In this document: piece by piece, positions 1-9,921 of the stretch
How the letters are laid out: every line of letters starts with the position of its first letter
Position numbering within the stretch: the stretch's first letter is position 1
Origin: Vulcanimicrobiota bacterium
GTDB lineage: Bacteria > Vulcanimicrobiota > Xenobia > Xenobiales > JADMJV01
Reading direction: 5' to 3'
NCBI GenBank assembly: GCA_019637395.1
Contig: JAHBVR010000009.1
Coordinates: forward strand, 266,412 to 330,411
Length of the DNA stretch: 64,000 nucleotides
The notes under the pieces: generated by a model
Database searches by the model: none
Seen by the model: the letters and a program-made list of their open reading frames with translations, nothing else
Told to the model about the DNA's origin: nothing
Translations under genes and position numbers: made by a program

Positions 1-1877
1 GGCTCTTTCCCGAGAAACGCGACGGGCTGTCCGTCTACCTGCCCGTCTACCAGGGCAATCCGCGCACGGAGAATCAACGGCGCGAAGACCTGGTGGGCAT
101 CATCGGCGGCTCCTTTTACGTGTCCGAGTTGACCCAGCGGCGTCTGCGCACCCTCCTGCCGGCCGGCATTGGCTATCAGATCACCGTGCGGGATGCCGCC
201 GCCTTTCCCGAGACCGAGGAGGACGGACAGGCGAGGGAGATGACCACTTCCTTCAATCTCACCTTTGCCGATCAGGACTGGCGCCTTCAATTCTGGGCCA
301 CCCCCGCCTTTGTGGCCGACGCCCGGAGCAGCCATCCCTGGCTGGTGGGCCTGATCGGCACGCTGCTCTCCTGCTTGACGGCGACTCTGACCTTGTTGGC
401 CGTGGATCGCCAGGCGGTGGTGGATCGCATGGTGATGGAACGCACCGCGGACCTGGCCATGCAGGCTCAGGAAGCCTCCCAATCCAGCCTGGCCAAGAGT
501 CGCTTCCTGGCGGTCATGAGCCATGAGATCCGCACACCGATGAACGGCGTGCTGGGACTGGGCCACTTGCTCCTGAATACGCCCCTGAACTCCCAACAGA
601 AAGACTATGTGGAAACTCTGCTGACCAGCGGCAATTCTCTGCTGCGCATTCTTAACGACGTACTCGACTTCAGCAAAATCGACTCCGATCGCCTGGAAGT
701 GGAAGAGCGCCCGGTCGATTTGATCGAGTTGATCGACGGCGTGCTGGATCTTTTCGCCAAGCCCGCCCAAGATCGGGGCCTGACCTTGGAACTGGTTCTG
801 ATCGGCGAGCGATTGCCGGCCTACACGGTGCTGACCGATCCTACCCGGTTGCGCCAGATTTTGCTGAATCTGGTGGGCAACGCCGTCAAGTTCAGCGAAA
901 ACTGCCGAGTCCAGGTCGAGTTGGAGCTACGCGAGCAGGACTGGCTCGTGCGCGTCCGCGACCAGGGTATCGGCATTCCTCCCGAGATTCTGGAGCGCCT
1001 CTTCGAGCCGTTTTCCCAGGCCGATTCTTCCATTGCCCGGCGTTTTGGCGGCACCGGCCTGGGCCTGACTATCAGCCGAGGGTTGATCGAGCGCATGGGC
1101 GGGAGATTGTGGGCTGAAAGCCAGCCCCAGCAGGGATCGGTTTTCACCCTGCTGCTGCCGCGCCGCGACTGTCAATGCCCGGGACAGCATTGGCTGCCTC
1201 TGGGAAGCCAGGTCTATCTGCGAGTCGAATTGACCAGCTCGGGCGAGGCCGCCCTGGCTCACTGGGTCAGCGAGCGGCTGGGAGCTTCGCAACCCATCCC
1301 GGACGCCCGCCTTATCGTTCTTTGCGAATTGAAGAACGCACCTGCCGACCAGGAAGTGCTGGTGATCGCCGACCAGGGTGAAGTGGTGCCCCCGCACTTA
1401 GTGGAATCGGTCATCGTGAGACCGCTGCGGGCCACCCGACTGGCGGCCATGCTGAGAACCTTGACCGGAGTGCCCGAAAGCGCCGTCCCGGAGCCCGGTC
1501 GCGCTCGCTTGAATATTTTGCTGGCTGAAGATAATCGCGTCAACCAGAAGGTGGCCCAGCGCCTCTTGAGCGAGATGGGCCACGAAGTGACCGTGGTGGG
1601 AGACGGTGTCCAGGCTGTGGCCACGGCTCAGGAGCGGAGTTTTGACTTGATTTTGATGGACATCCACATGCCGGAAATGGATGGACTTCAGGCCATCCAG
1701 ATCTTACGTGCCCAGGGATACAAACTCCCGATCGTGGCCCTCACTGCCCTGGCCAGTCTGGAGGACGAGCAGATGTGTCTGCGCGCCGGCGCGAGCGCGT
1801 TTCTGAGCAAACCGTTCGATCCGGCTCGGCTGGAGCAATTGCTACACCAAAGCGTGGGCACCGAGTTTTCTGGCTAA
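1..1877 (+). CDS. Hybrid sensor histidine kinase / response regulator (periplasmic sensor + TM + HisKA + HATPase_c + C-terminal receiver). 5'-partial: the reading frame is open to the window edge
   Basis: H-box SHEIRTPMNGVLGL, N/G-box LVGNAVKF, G2 GGTGLGLTIS, receiver NILLAEDNRVNQKVA..DLILMDIHMPEMDG. TM helix WLVGLIGTLLSCLTATLTLLAV follows an upstream sensor region. No stop between nt 3 and the GTG at 93 in the same frame. Confidence 0.85.
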   Translation, partial: LFPEKRDGLSVYLPVYQGNPRTENQRREDLVGIIGGSFYVSELTQRRLRTLLPAGIGYQITVRDAAAFPETEEDGQAREMTTSFNLTFADQDWRLQFWATPAFVADARSSHPWLVGLIGTLLSCLTATLTLLAVDRQAVVDRMVMERTADLAMQAQEASQSSLAKSRFLAVMSHEIRTPMNGVLGLGHLLLNTPLNSQQKDYVETLLTSGNSLLRILNDVLDFSKIDSDRLEVEERPVDLIELIDGVLDLFAKPAQDRGLTLELVLIGERLPAYTVLTDPTRLRQILLNLVGNAVKFSENCRVQVELELREQDWLVRVRDQGIGIPPEILERLFEPFSQADSSIARRFGGTGLGLTISRGLIERMGGRLWAESQPQQGSVFTLLLPRRDCQCPGQHWLPLGSQVYLRVELTSSGEAALAHWVSERLGASQPIPDARLIVLCELKNAPADQEVLVIADQGEVVPPHLVESVIVRPLRATRLAAMLRTLTGVPESAVPEPGRARLNILLAEDNRVNQKVAQRLLSEMGHEVTVVGDGVQAVATAQERSFDLILMDIHMPEMDGLQAIQILRAQGYKLPIVALTALASLEDEQMCLRAGASAFLSKPFDPARLEQLLHQSVGTEFSG

Positions 1878-1925
1878 GCTAAACACCAGCAGGATTATCA
1901 GGCTGACCTACAAAAAAGCCTGGCT

Positions 1926-2177
1926 ATGTTGGATAAAACTGAACTTTCCGCCTATCGAATGGCCTCGGCCATTGCCCGCCTCGCCTGGGTAAAAACCTAC
2001 GGGGAAGCCTATTGGACGCAAGACGACGGAGTCGGCACCGTCGAGGTACACTTTGGAGCCGCCGGCCCGACCTGTAAGTGTTGTGGTGAGCCTTTGGATA
2101 AACAAAAGTGGTTGCGTTTGATTCTGGGGGACTACGGGCCGGAGTTTCGCCGTCTGTTGCCGCCGCCCCCAAGGTGA
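1926..2177 (+). CDS. Hypothetical small protein with CKCCGEP Cys cluster
   Basis: ORF fills the 330-bp gap between the kinase and the next gene. No recognisable family, no clear SD. Confidence 0.3.
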   Translation: MLDKTELSAYRMASAIARLAWVKTYGEAYWTQDDGVGTVEVHFGAAGPTCKCCGEPLDKQKWLRLILGDYGPEFRRLLPPPPR

Positions 2178-2205
2178 TCCGGAAGGGACTCCAAAGTGCC
2201 GGTAG

Positions 2206-2721
2206 ATGACTCCCTGGATTACGCTGACTCTGGCCAGCATGCTCGGTTTGACGGCCGCCGGAAGCGACCCGGTCTGGCTGCATACTCCCTGGGCCGGCCT
2301 GGGTAGCGCTTTCCATGCGGCCCACCCCCTTTTTCTGGGCACGCTGGCTCTGGCCTTGATGCTGGCGGCCGTGCCGCTGGAATTGCGAGTGGGCCGGGGC
2401 GGCTTGCTGGCCAGCTGGTCCTTGCCGTTGCTGCTGCAGTTCTGGCTATGGGGTCGCGCCTGGCCGGAATTGGGCGCTCTCTCGCTGCTGGCCACGCTGC
2501 TGCTGGTTTCTGTGCGCCGCTCGGAACGACTGCCCTGGAAGGTCTGGGGGCCCTTGCTGGTGGCCGAGGCGCTGACTCTCTACGCTGTGCGTCCCTCCTG
2601 GCTGGCTCTGGCGCTGACGCTGGCGGTGGGATTGGCGGTGGGCCGCTGGGCGCGCAGCGAACCGGTGCAGATCCTGGGATGGGCGGGAGGCGGAGCCTTG
2701 ATGCTGGCATGGCTCAGTTAG
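2206..2721 (+). CDS. Hypothetical polytopic membrane protein
   Basis: 171 aa, Leu/Ala/Trp-rich hydrophobic segments throughout. Its stop overlaps the start of the aminotransferase gene. Confidence 0.45.
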   Translation: MTPWITLTLASMLGLTAAGSDPVWLHTPWAGLGSAFHAAHPLFLGTLALALMLAAVPLELRVGRGGLLASWSLPLLLQFWLWGRAWPELGALSLLATLLLVSVRRSERLPWKVWGPLLVAEALTLYAVRPSWLALALTLAVGLAVGRWARSEPVQILGWAGGGALMLAWLS

Positions 2722-3839
2722 GTTCGCGCCGGCTTTTTCCGCACCTGAAGGCGGCCAGTTACCTGAACCACGCCGGCGTATCGCCGCTTTCCACGCCCGT
2801 GGTGGAAGCCGTGCAAAAAAGTCTGGCGGCTCTGGCTGGGGAGGGGGTCGGCGCCGTGCCGGAGCTGTTGTCCATGCGCTTCCGCCTGCGCTGCAAGCTG
2901 AGTTGGATGCTGGGATGCGAGGCCGAGGATGTGGCTCTGACCACCGGCACATCCTGGGGAGTCCTGGCTATCGCCCAGAACTTTCCCTGGCGCCAGGGTG
3001 ATCGCATCGCCTGTGTTGAGGGTGAGTTTCCCACCAACGTGACCCCCTGGCAGGCGACCGGCCAGGAAGTCATTTTTCTCAAACCGGACTTCAGCGATCT
3101 GGAGATGCAACTAAAACGCGGGATTCGTTTGTTGGCCTTCAGCGCCGTCTCGTTTCAGACGGGCTGGCTCCACCCCTGGCGAGAAATCGCTCAGCTGGCT
3201 CACCAATACGAATGTGAGGTCTTCGTAGACGCCATCCAGGCGGTCGGAGTGCTACCTTTTTCGGTAGGAGAGCTTGACTATGTGGCGGGCGGCGCCCACA
3301 AATGGCTGATGGGGGCGGAGGGCTGCGGCTATCTCTACGTTTCTCCCCGGCGCCAAGCCCAACTGCACCGCCGCTGGGCGGGCTGGCTTAGCCATCAACA
3401 AGCCGTTGATTTCTTATTCGAAGGCCCGGGTCATTTACGCTATGACCGGAGCCTTCGGGAAGACCCCCAGTTCCTGGAAATCGGCAGCAGTTCGGCACTC
3501 TCCCAAGCCGCTCTTGAGGCCAGCCTGAACCTGGTGCAGTTTGTGGGAGTGGAGGGAATCTTTGCCCACGTCACTCGCTATCTGGATGAACTGGAAGCGC
3601 AATTGAGCTTTCCCGGTTGGTTCAGCTTGCGCCAGCCCGGACGAACCTCCGGGATTCTTTCTCTGAAGCCGCCGCCGGGCACCGACCTGGCCGCCTGGGA
3701 GAAAGCTCTGCGTCAGCGCGGCGTGCAAATCTCCACCCCCGACGGCTTGATCCGTCTGGCTCCGCATTGGCCCAATTCCCTGGAGGAAGTGCCGCTGGTG
3801 GTGGAAGCTTTTCAGGAAGTGCAAAGGAGCTTTTTATGA
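2709..3839 (+). CDS. PLP-dependent class V aminotransferase (cysteine desulfurase / isopenicillin-N epimerase-like)
   Basis: YLNHAGVSPL N-terminal motif, PLP-lysine motif GGAHKWLMG, about 376 aa if started at the in-frame ATG (MAQLGSRRLFPHL). The ORF track extends upstream to 2448, overlapping the previous gene. Confidence 0.8.
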   Translation: MAQLGSRRLFPHLKAASYLNHAGVSPLSTPVVEAVQKSLAALAGEGVGAVPELLSMRFRLRCKLSWMLGCEAEDVALTTGTSWGVLAIAQNFPWRQGDRIACVEGEFPTNVTPWQATGQEVIFLKPDFSDLEMQLKRGIRLLAFSAVSFQTGWLHPWREIAQLAHQYECEVFVDAIQAVGVLPFSVGELDYVAGGAHKWLMGAEGCGYLYVSPRRQAQLHRRWAGWLSHQQAVDFLFEGPGHLRYDRSLREDPQFLEIGSSSALSQAALEASLNLVQFVGVEGIFAHVTRYLDELEAQLSFPGWFSLRQPGRTSGILSLKPPPGTDLAAWEKALRQRGVQISTPDGLIRLAPHWPNSLEEVPLVVEAFQEVQRSFL

Positions 3840-4540
3840 GCTTGATCTACGCCGTCAGTCTGCGCGCTCTGAAGTCCCTGTTGCTGCCGTTCTGGGTGCC
3901 CATCTTGAAGGGGGTGGAGAACATCCCTGTCGACGGTCCTGTGATTCTGGTCTCCAACCATCCGACCGTGCTCGATGGCCTGGTCTTGGGCAGCGTGTTG
4001 CCGCGTAAGGTGCGCTTTCTGGTTTCTACGGAACCACTCAAAGTGCCGTTGGTGGGTTGGTGGCTGCGCGCCCTGGGTTTCATCCCGGTGGGCCGTGGCG
4101 AAGGGGCCATGGATCGCACCCTGGAGGCCTTGCGCCAGGGAGACTGTGTGGGCTTTTACCCGGAAGCGGACCCGACCCACAGTTACGAGCTGCAGCCCTT
4201 TCACAAAGGGGTGGCGCTGGTCGGGGAATGGACGCGCGCTCCGGTGGTCCCGGTGACGACGTATGGTAGCGAACAGCTCTGTTCTGCCGACTGCAAGTAT
4301 GTGAGTGGCGGCCACGTCTGGATTACTTTTGGAAAGCCCCTCTATTGGCAAGAGGGGGAAGCGACCGCCGACTTTTTGGAGCGCATGCGCGAAGCCATCC
4401 GTGTCCCGCTGCAAAATCCGCCCGCGCCTCGCCCTCGCCCGCGCCAACTGAGCCACTGGCTCTGCACCGCCCTGTGGACCCCCGTCAGTTGGGCCCTGCT
4501 CAAACTGGCCGACTTCGTGCGGCCGGGCGGTAAGCGCTAA
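3836..4540 (+). CDS. plsC: 1-acyl-sn-glycerol-3-phosphate acyltransferase-like (lysophospholipid acyltransferase, PlsC family)
   Basis: NHPTVLDG (HX4D-like) acyltransferase motif, FYPEADPT motif. ATG overlaps the upstream TGA (ATGA), indicating translational coupling with the aminotransferase. Confidence 0.75.
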   Translation: MSLIYAVSLRALKSLLLPFWVPILKGVENIPVDGPVILVSNHPTVLDGLVLGSVLPRKVRFLVSTEPLKVPLVGWWLRALGFIPVGRGEGAMDRTLEALRQGDCVGFYPEADPTHSYELQPFHKGVALVGEWTRAPVVPVTTYGSEQLCSADCKYVSGGHVWITFGKPLYWQEGEATADFLERMREAIRVPLQNPPAPRPRPRQLSHWLCTALWTPVSWALLKLADFVRPGGKR

Positions 4541-4784
4541 CTGTGGTGGCGCTAACTTTAAGCGGCCGGGTGCGACTTATTTTCCAGTGCGGAAGCCTGC
4601 GGTCCAGTTCTCGCATCACTTCCGCCAATCGCTCATTTCGAGGCGTATGGCTTCGGATAGACATTTCTTGCTCCAGCATGGCCACCTGGACTTGCTCGAA
4701 GGCCTTAGAAGTAATTTGACGCTGCGATGCCAACGTGTTCAGCAGGTGCTCAGCCTCCCGGTTCAGTCGTCCGTTGACATCCAT
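4500..4784 (-). CDS. Hypothetical small protein, last gene of a two-gene minus-strand unit
   Basis: 94-aa ORF with ATG directly downstream of the 4821..5540 gene. The 3' end overlaps plsC antisense, so the true stop is uncertain. Confidence 0.3.
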   Translation of the reverse strand: MDVNGRLNREAEHLLNTLASQRQITSKAFEQVQVAMLEQEMSIRSHTPRNERLAEVMRELDRRLPHWKISRTRPLKVSATTVSAYRPAARSRPV

Positions 4785-4820
4785 CTTGCAAGAAGATCCG
4801 CGAATGAAACAGTCGTCAAA

Positions 4821-5540
4821 CTAGCTCGGCTTGCCGGGCTTGATGACGAGCTTCAAATTGGTATGCTTGCCGCCCTGAGGAATGATGCGAATCACCTCGG
4901 TGGAGGCCTCGCCCAGCCCAGGCTTGCGGGCATGCACGATCAACTGGCGGGCCTTGCGGGTGGATTCGAACTCGACATCCACCAGGAAGTGACCGGGGCG
5001 GGGATGTTTCAGCTTGGTCCAATCATAGGTCTGCTGATAGGGAATCTCCGGCAAATCCACGGTAATTTGCACATCGCCCAGTGAACTGGAGCCGACTACT
5101 TCGACGGACCCCTCCACCTGCAACTTGAGAGCCGTCAAATTAGGCGTGGCCGGAGCCCGCGACGGGCCCGAGCCGGGATTGCGAGCACCGGGAGTGCGCC
5201 AGCCAGCCACCATCCACACCAGCCCCACCACGATAAGCACCGCCATGACAGCCCGAACCGTGTGCACCGGAAACAGATCCTGGAGGCGCTGCAGCAAACC
5301 GGGCCGGTAAGCGCGAGCCTCGGCCGGGCCCGTGTGATAACGGCTGGTGGCCGACTTGGTCTGCACCTTGATGGCCGGCTCGGGGGCTCCGTCCACCACC
5401 TCGCGCAGTTCGATGACCGTATAACCACGGCGATGGGCGATCTCGCGGGCGTCGGACAGGCTCTGAGCCTCCATGGTGCCGCGTCGAATCTTCCCCTCGG
5501 TATCGCTCACTTGAAAGTGAAAACGGGCCATCGCGCTCAT
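4821..5540 (-). CDS. Hypothetical single-pass membrane protein with N-terminal GspF/PilC-N-like domain
   Basis: N-terminus FHFQVSDTEGKIRRGTMEAQSLSDAREIAHRRGYTVIEL resembles the cytoplasmic N-domain repeat of T2SS-F/PilC, followed by TM AVMAVLIVVGLVWMVAGW and a C-terminal domain. Confidence 0.5.
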   Translation of the reverse strand: MSAMARFHFQVSDTEGKIRRGTMEAQSLSDAREIAHRRGYTVIELREVVDGAPEPAIKVQTKSATSRYHTGPAEARAYRPGLLQRLQDLFPVHTVRAVMAVLIVVGLVWMVAGWRTPGARNPGSGPSRAPATPNLTALKLQVEGSVEVVGSSSLGDVQITVDLPEIPYQQTYDWTKLKHPRPGHFLVDVEFESTRKARQLIVHARKPGLGEASTEVIRIIPQGGKHTNLKLVIKPGKPS

Positions 5541-5669
5541 AGATTAGGCGGGCGGCCAAAATTTCCTCGGCAGGATTCGTCTGGAGTGAGGGCGTACGAA
5601 CAGACGTTTCGCAGGAAAGCCTATATTAATTGAAAAATACTCAACACAACCCGTCAAAGGATTTCAATC

Positions 5670-8600
5670 TTGTTCCTTAAGCGACTGGAACTTTATGGCT
5701 TCAAAACTTTCTCGCAGAAGACCGAGATCGATTTTACGCGTGGTTTTTTAGCGGTCGTCGGCCCCAATGGAAGCGGCAAGAGCAACCTGACCGACGCCAT
5801 TCGCTTCTGCCTGGGGGAACACAGCGTCAAAGCCATGCGAGCCACCAAGCTGGAAGAACTGGTCTTCGCCGGCTCGCCCACCCGCAAAGGCGCACCCTAT
5901 GCGGAAGTCACCGCCATCTTTGACAATAGCGACCAGGTGCTGCCGCTGGACCTGGCCGAGGTGGCCATCACCCGCCGCCTGGACGCCGAAGGCGACAGCA
6001 AGTTCTTCATCAATCGCACCGCCTGCCGCCTGCGCGACATCCACGAAATGCTCATGGGCAGCGGCGTCGGTCCGGGCAGCTTCTCGGTGTTGGGCGGCAA
6101 AGAAGTGGATATGGTGCTCTCCACCGACCCCAAAGAACGCCGTAACATGCTGGAAGAAACGGCCGGCGTCAACCGCTACAAATTCCGCAAACGCGAAGCT
6201 TCCCGGCGGCTGGAGAAAACCGCCGCCAACCTGACCCGCCTCTACGACATCCTGCGCGAGCTGGAACTGCAACTGGAGGAAAGCGAAAAGCAACTGGAGC
6301 GTTACCGCAAATACCGAGAAGCCCAGGTCGAGCTGAAAGCGCTCGAGCTGGAGCTGGCCATCCAGGAATGGAGCCGCCTGCAGCAGTCGATCGAGGAACT
6401 GCGGGCCAAACTGGCCAAAGCCAGGGCTCAGGTGGCCGAACTCGAGGAACTCTCCGAGCAGGCCCGCCACGCCCTGGAGGCCGCTTCCTTGGAAAAACGC
6501 CGCCGCGACGCCGAACGCGAGCGCCTGCTGGGTGGCTGCGCCGAGTTGCGCGAAAAAACCAGCGTCACCCGCGCCAACCTGGATTCGCTGGTCAAGCGGC
6601 GCACCGAACTGGAACACTCCGCGCAGAACGCCGAAGCTCGGCTGGCTTCGGCCGAGCAGCGCATGCAAGACTGCGAAAAAGACCTGGAAGCGGTGCTGCT
6701 GGCCCTGCCCGAAGCCGGCGCGGAGCTCACGGCCGCGCGCGCCAAGCTGCAGCAGGCTCGGCAAGATCGCGAGCAACTGCCTTTGCAGGGTCACAGCCCC
6801 CATGCCCAACTGCGCCAACGCCTGGCCGCGGTGGAAAAAGAGCAGCACCAGGGATTGGGACGCCGCGAGACTTTGCGCGCCCGCCAGGAAGCCGACGACG
6901 AGCGTATTCTGGAACTGATCGAGCAGCGCGAAACCTCCCGCAAAGAGCTGCTGGAGGCCGCCAACGAGTCCGAGCTGGACAGCGAATTGGTGGAACAACT
7001 GCAAGAAGCCGGCACCCTCACGGCCCAGGTGGAAGCCGAGAAGAAGCAGCTAGAGCAGCAACTGCTGGAAGTGCAGCAGCAACATCGCGAACTCGAAAGA
7101 CAACGCCGTCCGCTGGTCAGCAAGCTGGCCGAACTGGAAGCCCTGCTGGATGACGGCAGCGGCCTGCCGCCGGCCGTGCGGGCCGTGCTGCAGTGGAAAG
7201 ATCCAGGCATGCTGGGCCTGCTGGGGCAACTGGTCAAAGTTCCCTCCGGTCTGGAGCAAGCTTTTGAAGCGGCCCTGGGCGGCCACGTCAACGACGTCAT
7301 CACCCGCGACCGGCGGGTGGCCTCCAACTTGATCGAACGCCTCAAGCAGGAACGCATCGGCCGCGTTACCTTCTGGCCGCTGGACCTGGAGCGCATGCCC
7401 CCGCCCCCGCCCCAGCTGCCCGACCGCCGCGGGGTGGTGGGCCTGGCCCTGGAATTGCTTGGCTATCCGCGCGAAATCGAGAGCGTGCTGGGGGAGATGC
7501 TGGGGCGCACCGTGATCATGGAAGATATGCCCACGGCGCTGCAGCTCTACGATCGCTGCCGCGGCCGCCGGCCGCATCTGGTCACGCGCCAGGGCGAATA
7601 TTTAAACCCTTCCGGCGCCCTCACCGGCGGCGCCGCCCGCCAGAATCAATCCGGCCTGCTCTCGCGCCGGCGCCTGCTGGACGAAGCCCGCCAGCAACTG
7701 CAAAAGCAGGAAATCGAATTGCAGCGCTGCCGCGACCGCGAAGAAAAGCTGCTGGCCGAGCGCACTCAGGCCGACCAGACGCTGCAGGCGGCGCGCGAGG
7801 CCTTCCGCTCGCTGAAGGCCGAACTGGCCGACCTGGAAGCCGAAGGCAAGCGCAAGAACCAGGATCGCGAACGCCTGCAGCGCGGCCTGGACAAAGCCGA
7901 AGAAGAACTCAAAATGCTGCAGCAGCGTTCGCAGGCCGCCGATCTGGAACTGGACGAGTTGGAAGAGTCGTTGGCCGGATGGGCTAGGGAAAAGGCCGAG
8001 CTGGAAAGTCAGTTGACCCAGTTTCAAGAGGAAGAAGCCCGCCTGCAGACGTTGCGCGAGGAGCTGCAGACCCGTCTGGGTGAATGCGAACTCGAATTCG
8101 AGCGGCGCCGTCAAGCCCACCAACAACTGGAAAGCGAGCAGGTGCGCGTGCTCCAGCGCAAAGAGGAGCTGGTGGCCGACCAATCTCAAGCCGAGAGCGA
8201 AGCTCAGCGCTGCCGCCAGCTTCTGGGGGGCATGCAGGCCGAAAATGACGGACTGCAGACCCTGCTGGAAAGCTTGCAGGCCGAGCTGGAAGAACGCCAG
8301 CAACAGCTTGAGCAACAGCGTCTGGAAAATCTGGAGCGCGAAGCCGCCTGGACAGCCCTGGCCGAACAGGTGCGCCAACTGGACGAGGACCTGCGCACCC
8401 GGCAGAACCAGCAGACCAAGGTGGAAATCGAACTGGCCGGACTGGAAGCTCGTCGCGAAGAAGCGCTGGAGCGCCTGGGGGACGTCCCCGAGGGCGAGGA
8501 AGTCAAGCCGGCCAACCCCATGACCCCGCTGGAGCTGGAAAAAGCCAAACAGCGCGCCAACCGCCTGCGCAATTTCCTGGAAAACTTCGGTTCGGTCAAT

Positions 8601-9233
8601 CTGGGCGCTCAAGAAGACCACGAACGCCTCCAGGAGCGCCATCTGGATCTCAAGTCACAGGTCGACGATCTGGAAGAAGGCGCCGCCAGTCTGCGCGCCA
8701 TCATGGCCGAACTGGACGCCATCACGGTGGTGCAGTTTAAGGAGACTTACGACAAAGTCAACGAGACCTTCGCCAAGGTTTTTGTCGATCTATTTCAGGG
8801 CGGCAACGCCCGCCTGGAACTGTGCAATCCGGACGATCTGCTCGATTCGGGCGTGGAAATCGTCGCCTGTCCACCGGGCAAACGCTTGCAAAATCTACAG
8901 TTGCTCTCCAGTGGCGAGCGCGCCCTCTCGGCCATGGCCTTCCTACTTTCGCTACTCACGGTCAAGCCCAGCCCGATCGTCATTCTGGACGAGCTGGATG
9001 CCCCTCTGGACGACTCCAACGTGGAGCGGGTGGCCAGCCGCCTGGGCAATTTCGCCAATTCTTCGCAGTTCCTGGTCATCACCCACAACCGCAAAACCAT
9101 GGAATTCGCCGACCGCCTCTACGGCGTAACCATGGAGGAGCCCGGCGTCAGCCGCATCCTCTCGGTCAAGCTTACCCAAGACGGGGAATACGCCCCCAGC
9201 GAAGCCCCGCTGAAAGAAGAAGCCCATGTCTAA
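5670..9233 (+). CDS. smc: Chromosome segregation protein SMC
   Basis: Walker A GPNGSGKSN, long coiled coils, hinge, C-terminal signature LSSGERALSAMAFLLSL and Walker B IVILDELDAPLD. TTG start. Confidence 0.95.
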   Translation: MFLKRLELYGFKTFSQKTEIDFTRGFLAVVGPNGSGKSNLTDAIRFCLGEHSVKAMRATKLEELVFAGSPTRKGAPYAEVTAIFDNSDQVLPLDLAEVAITRRLDAEGDSKFFINRTACRLRDIHEMLMGSGVGPGSFSVLGGKEVDMVLSTDPKERRNMLEETAGVNRYKFRKREASRRLEKTAANLTRLYDILRELELQLEESEKQLERYRKYREAQVELKALELELAIQEWSRLQQSIEELRAKLAKARAQVAELEELSEQARHALEAASLEKRRRDAERERLLGGCAELREKTSVTRANLDSLVKRRTELEHSAQNAEARLASAEQRMQDCEKDLEAVLLALPEAGAELTAARAKLQQARQDREQLPLQGHSPHAQLRQRLAAVEKEQHQGLGRRETLRARQEADDERILELIEQRETSRKELLEAANESELDSELVEQLQEAGTLTAQVEAEKKQLEQQLLEVQQQHRELERQRRPLVSKLAELEALLDDGSGLPPAVRAVLQWKDPGMLGLLGQLVKVPSGLEQAFEAALGGHVNDVITRDRRVASNLIERLKQERIGRVTFWPLDLERMPPPPPQLPDRRGVVGLALELLGYPREIESVLGEMLGRTVIMEDMPTALQLYDRCRGRRPHLVTRQGEYLNPSGALTGGAARQNQSGLLSRRRLLDEARQQLQKQEIELQRCRDREEKLLAERTQADQTLQAAREAFRSLKAELADLEAEGKRKNQDRERLQRGLDKAEEELKMLQQRSQAADLELDELEESLAGWAREKAELESQLTQFQEEEARLQTLREELQTRLGECELEFERRRQAHQQLESEQVRVLQRKEELVADQSQAESEAQRCRQLLGGMQAENDGLQTLLESLQAELEERQQQLEQQRLENLEREAAWTALAEQVRQLDEDLRTRQNQQTKVEIELAGLEARREEALERLGDVPEGEEVKPANPMTPLELEKAKQRANRLRNFLENFGSVNLGAQEDHERLQERHLDLKSQVDDLEEGAASLRAIMAELDAITVVQFKETYDKVNETFAKVFVDLFQGGNARLELCNPDDLLDSGVEIVACPPGKRLQNLQLLSSGERALSAMAFLLSLLTVKPSPIVILDELDAPLDDSNVERVASRLGNFANSSQFLVITHNRKTMEFADRLYGVTMEEPGVSRILSVKLTQDGEYAPSEAPLKEEAHV

Positions 9234-9921
9234 ACTGCTCTCGCTGCTCTCGCGCAAATTTGTCTTGATGGTCAGCCTGCCCAAAAACGATCCCAAGCTG
9301 GCGGTGGCCGCCGTGGAATCCGGCGCTCAATGCTTGAAGGTGCACATCAACTGCCACCATTTCGCCAGCGGCACCACTTTTCACGCCTGGAAAGAAGAGC
9401 GCAAAGCCATTCTTGAGGTGCTCTCGGCGGTGGATGTGCCGATCGGCATTGTGACCGGAGAAGAAACCCAACCGGATGCGGAAGACCTGGCCGACATCCA
9501 GAGCCAGCGCTTCGACTTTTGGGACCTGTTCGCCAAATTCACCCCCCCCGGACATCTGAAACTGTCCATGGGCCGGATGGTGGCGGTCGACAGCGGCTGG
9601 ACTCCCGACTTGATGAAAGCGCTGGAAGAAATCGGCATCCACATCATCGAGGGCTCGGTGATTCCTAAAACCGAATACCGCACTCCCCTCAACCTGGTCG
9701 ATCTGGCTACCTACCTGCGCCTGACCCGGGCCAGCAATATGCCGGTCCTGATTCCCACCCAGAAGGCGGTTCAGCCCCATGAGGTGGGGGCGCTGCAGAA
9801 AGTGGGCGCGGCCGGCCTGACCATCGGCGCGGTGGTGACCGGACTGGAGGAAGCCGGCCTGCGCGCGGCCACTCGGGCCTTCGCCGAGCACATCGAGGAC
9901 CTGCCCCCCAATCAGGGCTGA
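9226..9921 (+). CDS. Hypothetical protein (possible TIM-barrel-like fold). Overlaps smc stop and is coupled to the next gene
   Basis: 231-aa ORF, coding-like composition. 3' end abuts the start of the DUF4127-like gene. Confidence 0.45.
   Translation: MSKLLSLLSRKFVLMVSLPKNDPKLAVAAVESGAQCLKVHINCHHFASGTTFHAWKEERKAILEVLSAVDVPIGIVTGEETQPDAEDLADIQSQRFDFWDLFAKFTPPGHLKLSMGRMVAVDSGWTPDLMKALEEIGIHIIEGSVIPKTEYRTPLNLVDLATYLRLTRASNMPVLIPTQKAVQPHEVGALQKVGAAGLTIGAVVTGLEEAGLRAATRAFAEHIEDLPPNQG

Noticed and set aside
1920-2105. Two TTGGATAAA / TTTGGATAA near-DnaA-box sequences, plus TTATCCGCT at about 12890 and about 21490
   Set aside because: 1-2 mismatches to TTATCCACA, dispersed, no DUE or cluster. Insufficient to call oriC
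5748-7004. 418-aa minus-strand ORF (and 6368..7153 +, 6791..7396 -, 7602..8642 -) inside smc
   Set aside because: Antisense or alternate-frame ORFs typical of high-GC DNA. Low-complexity Gln/Ala/Gly/Leu-rich translations. smc motifs unambiguously define the real frame
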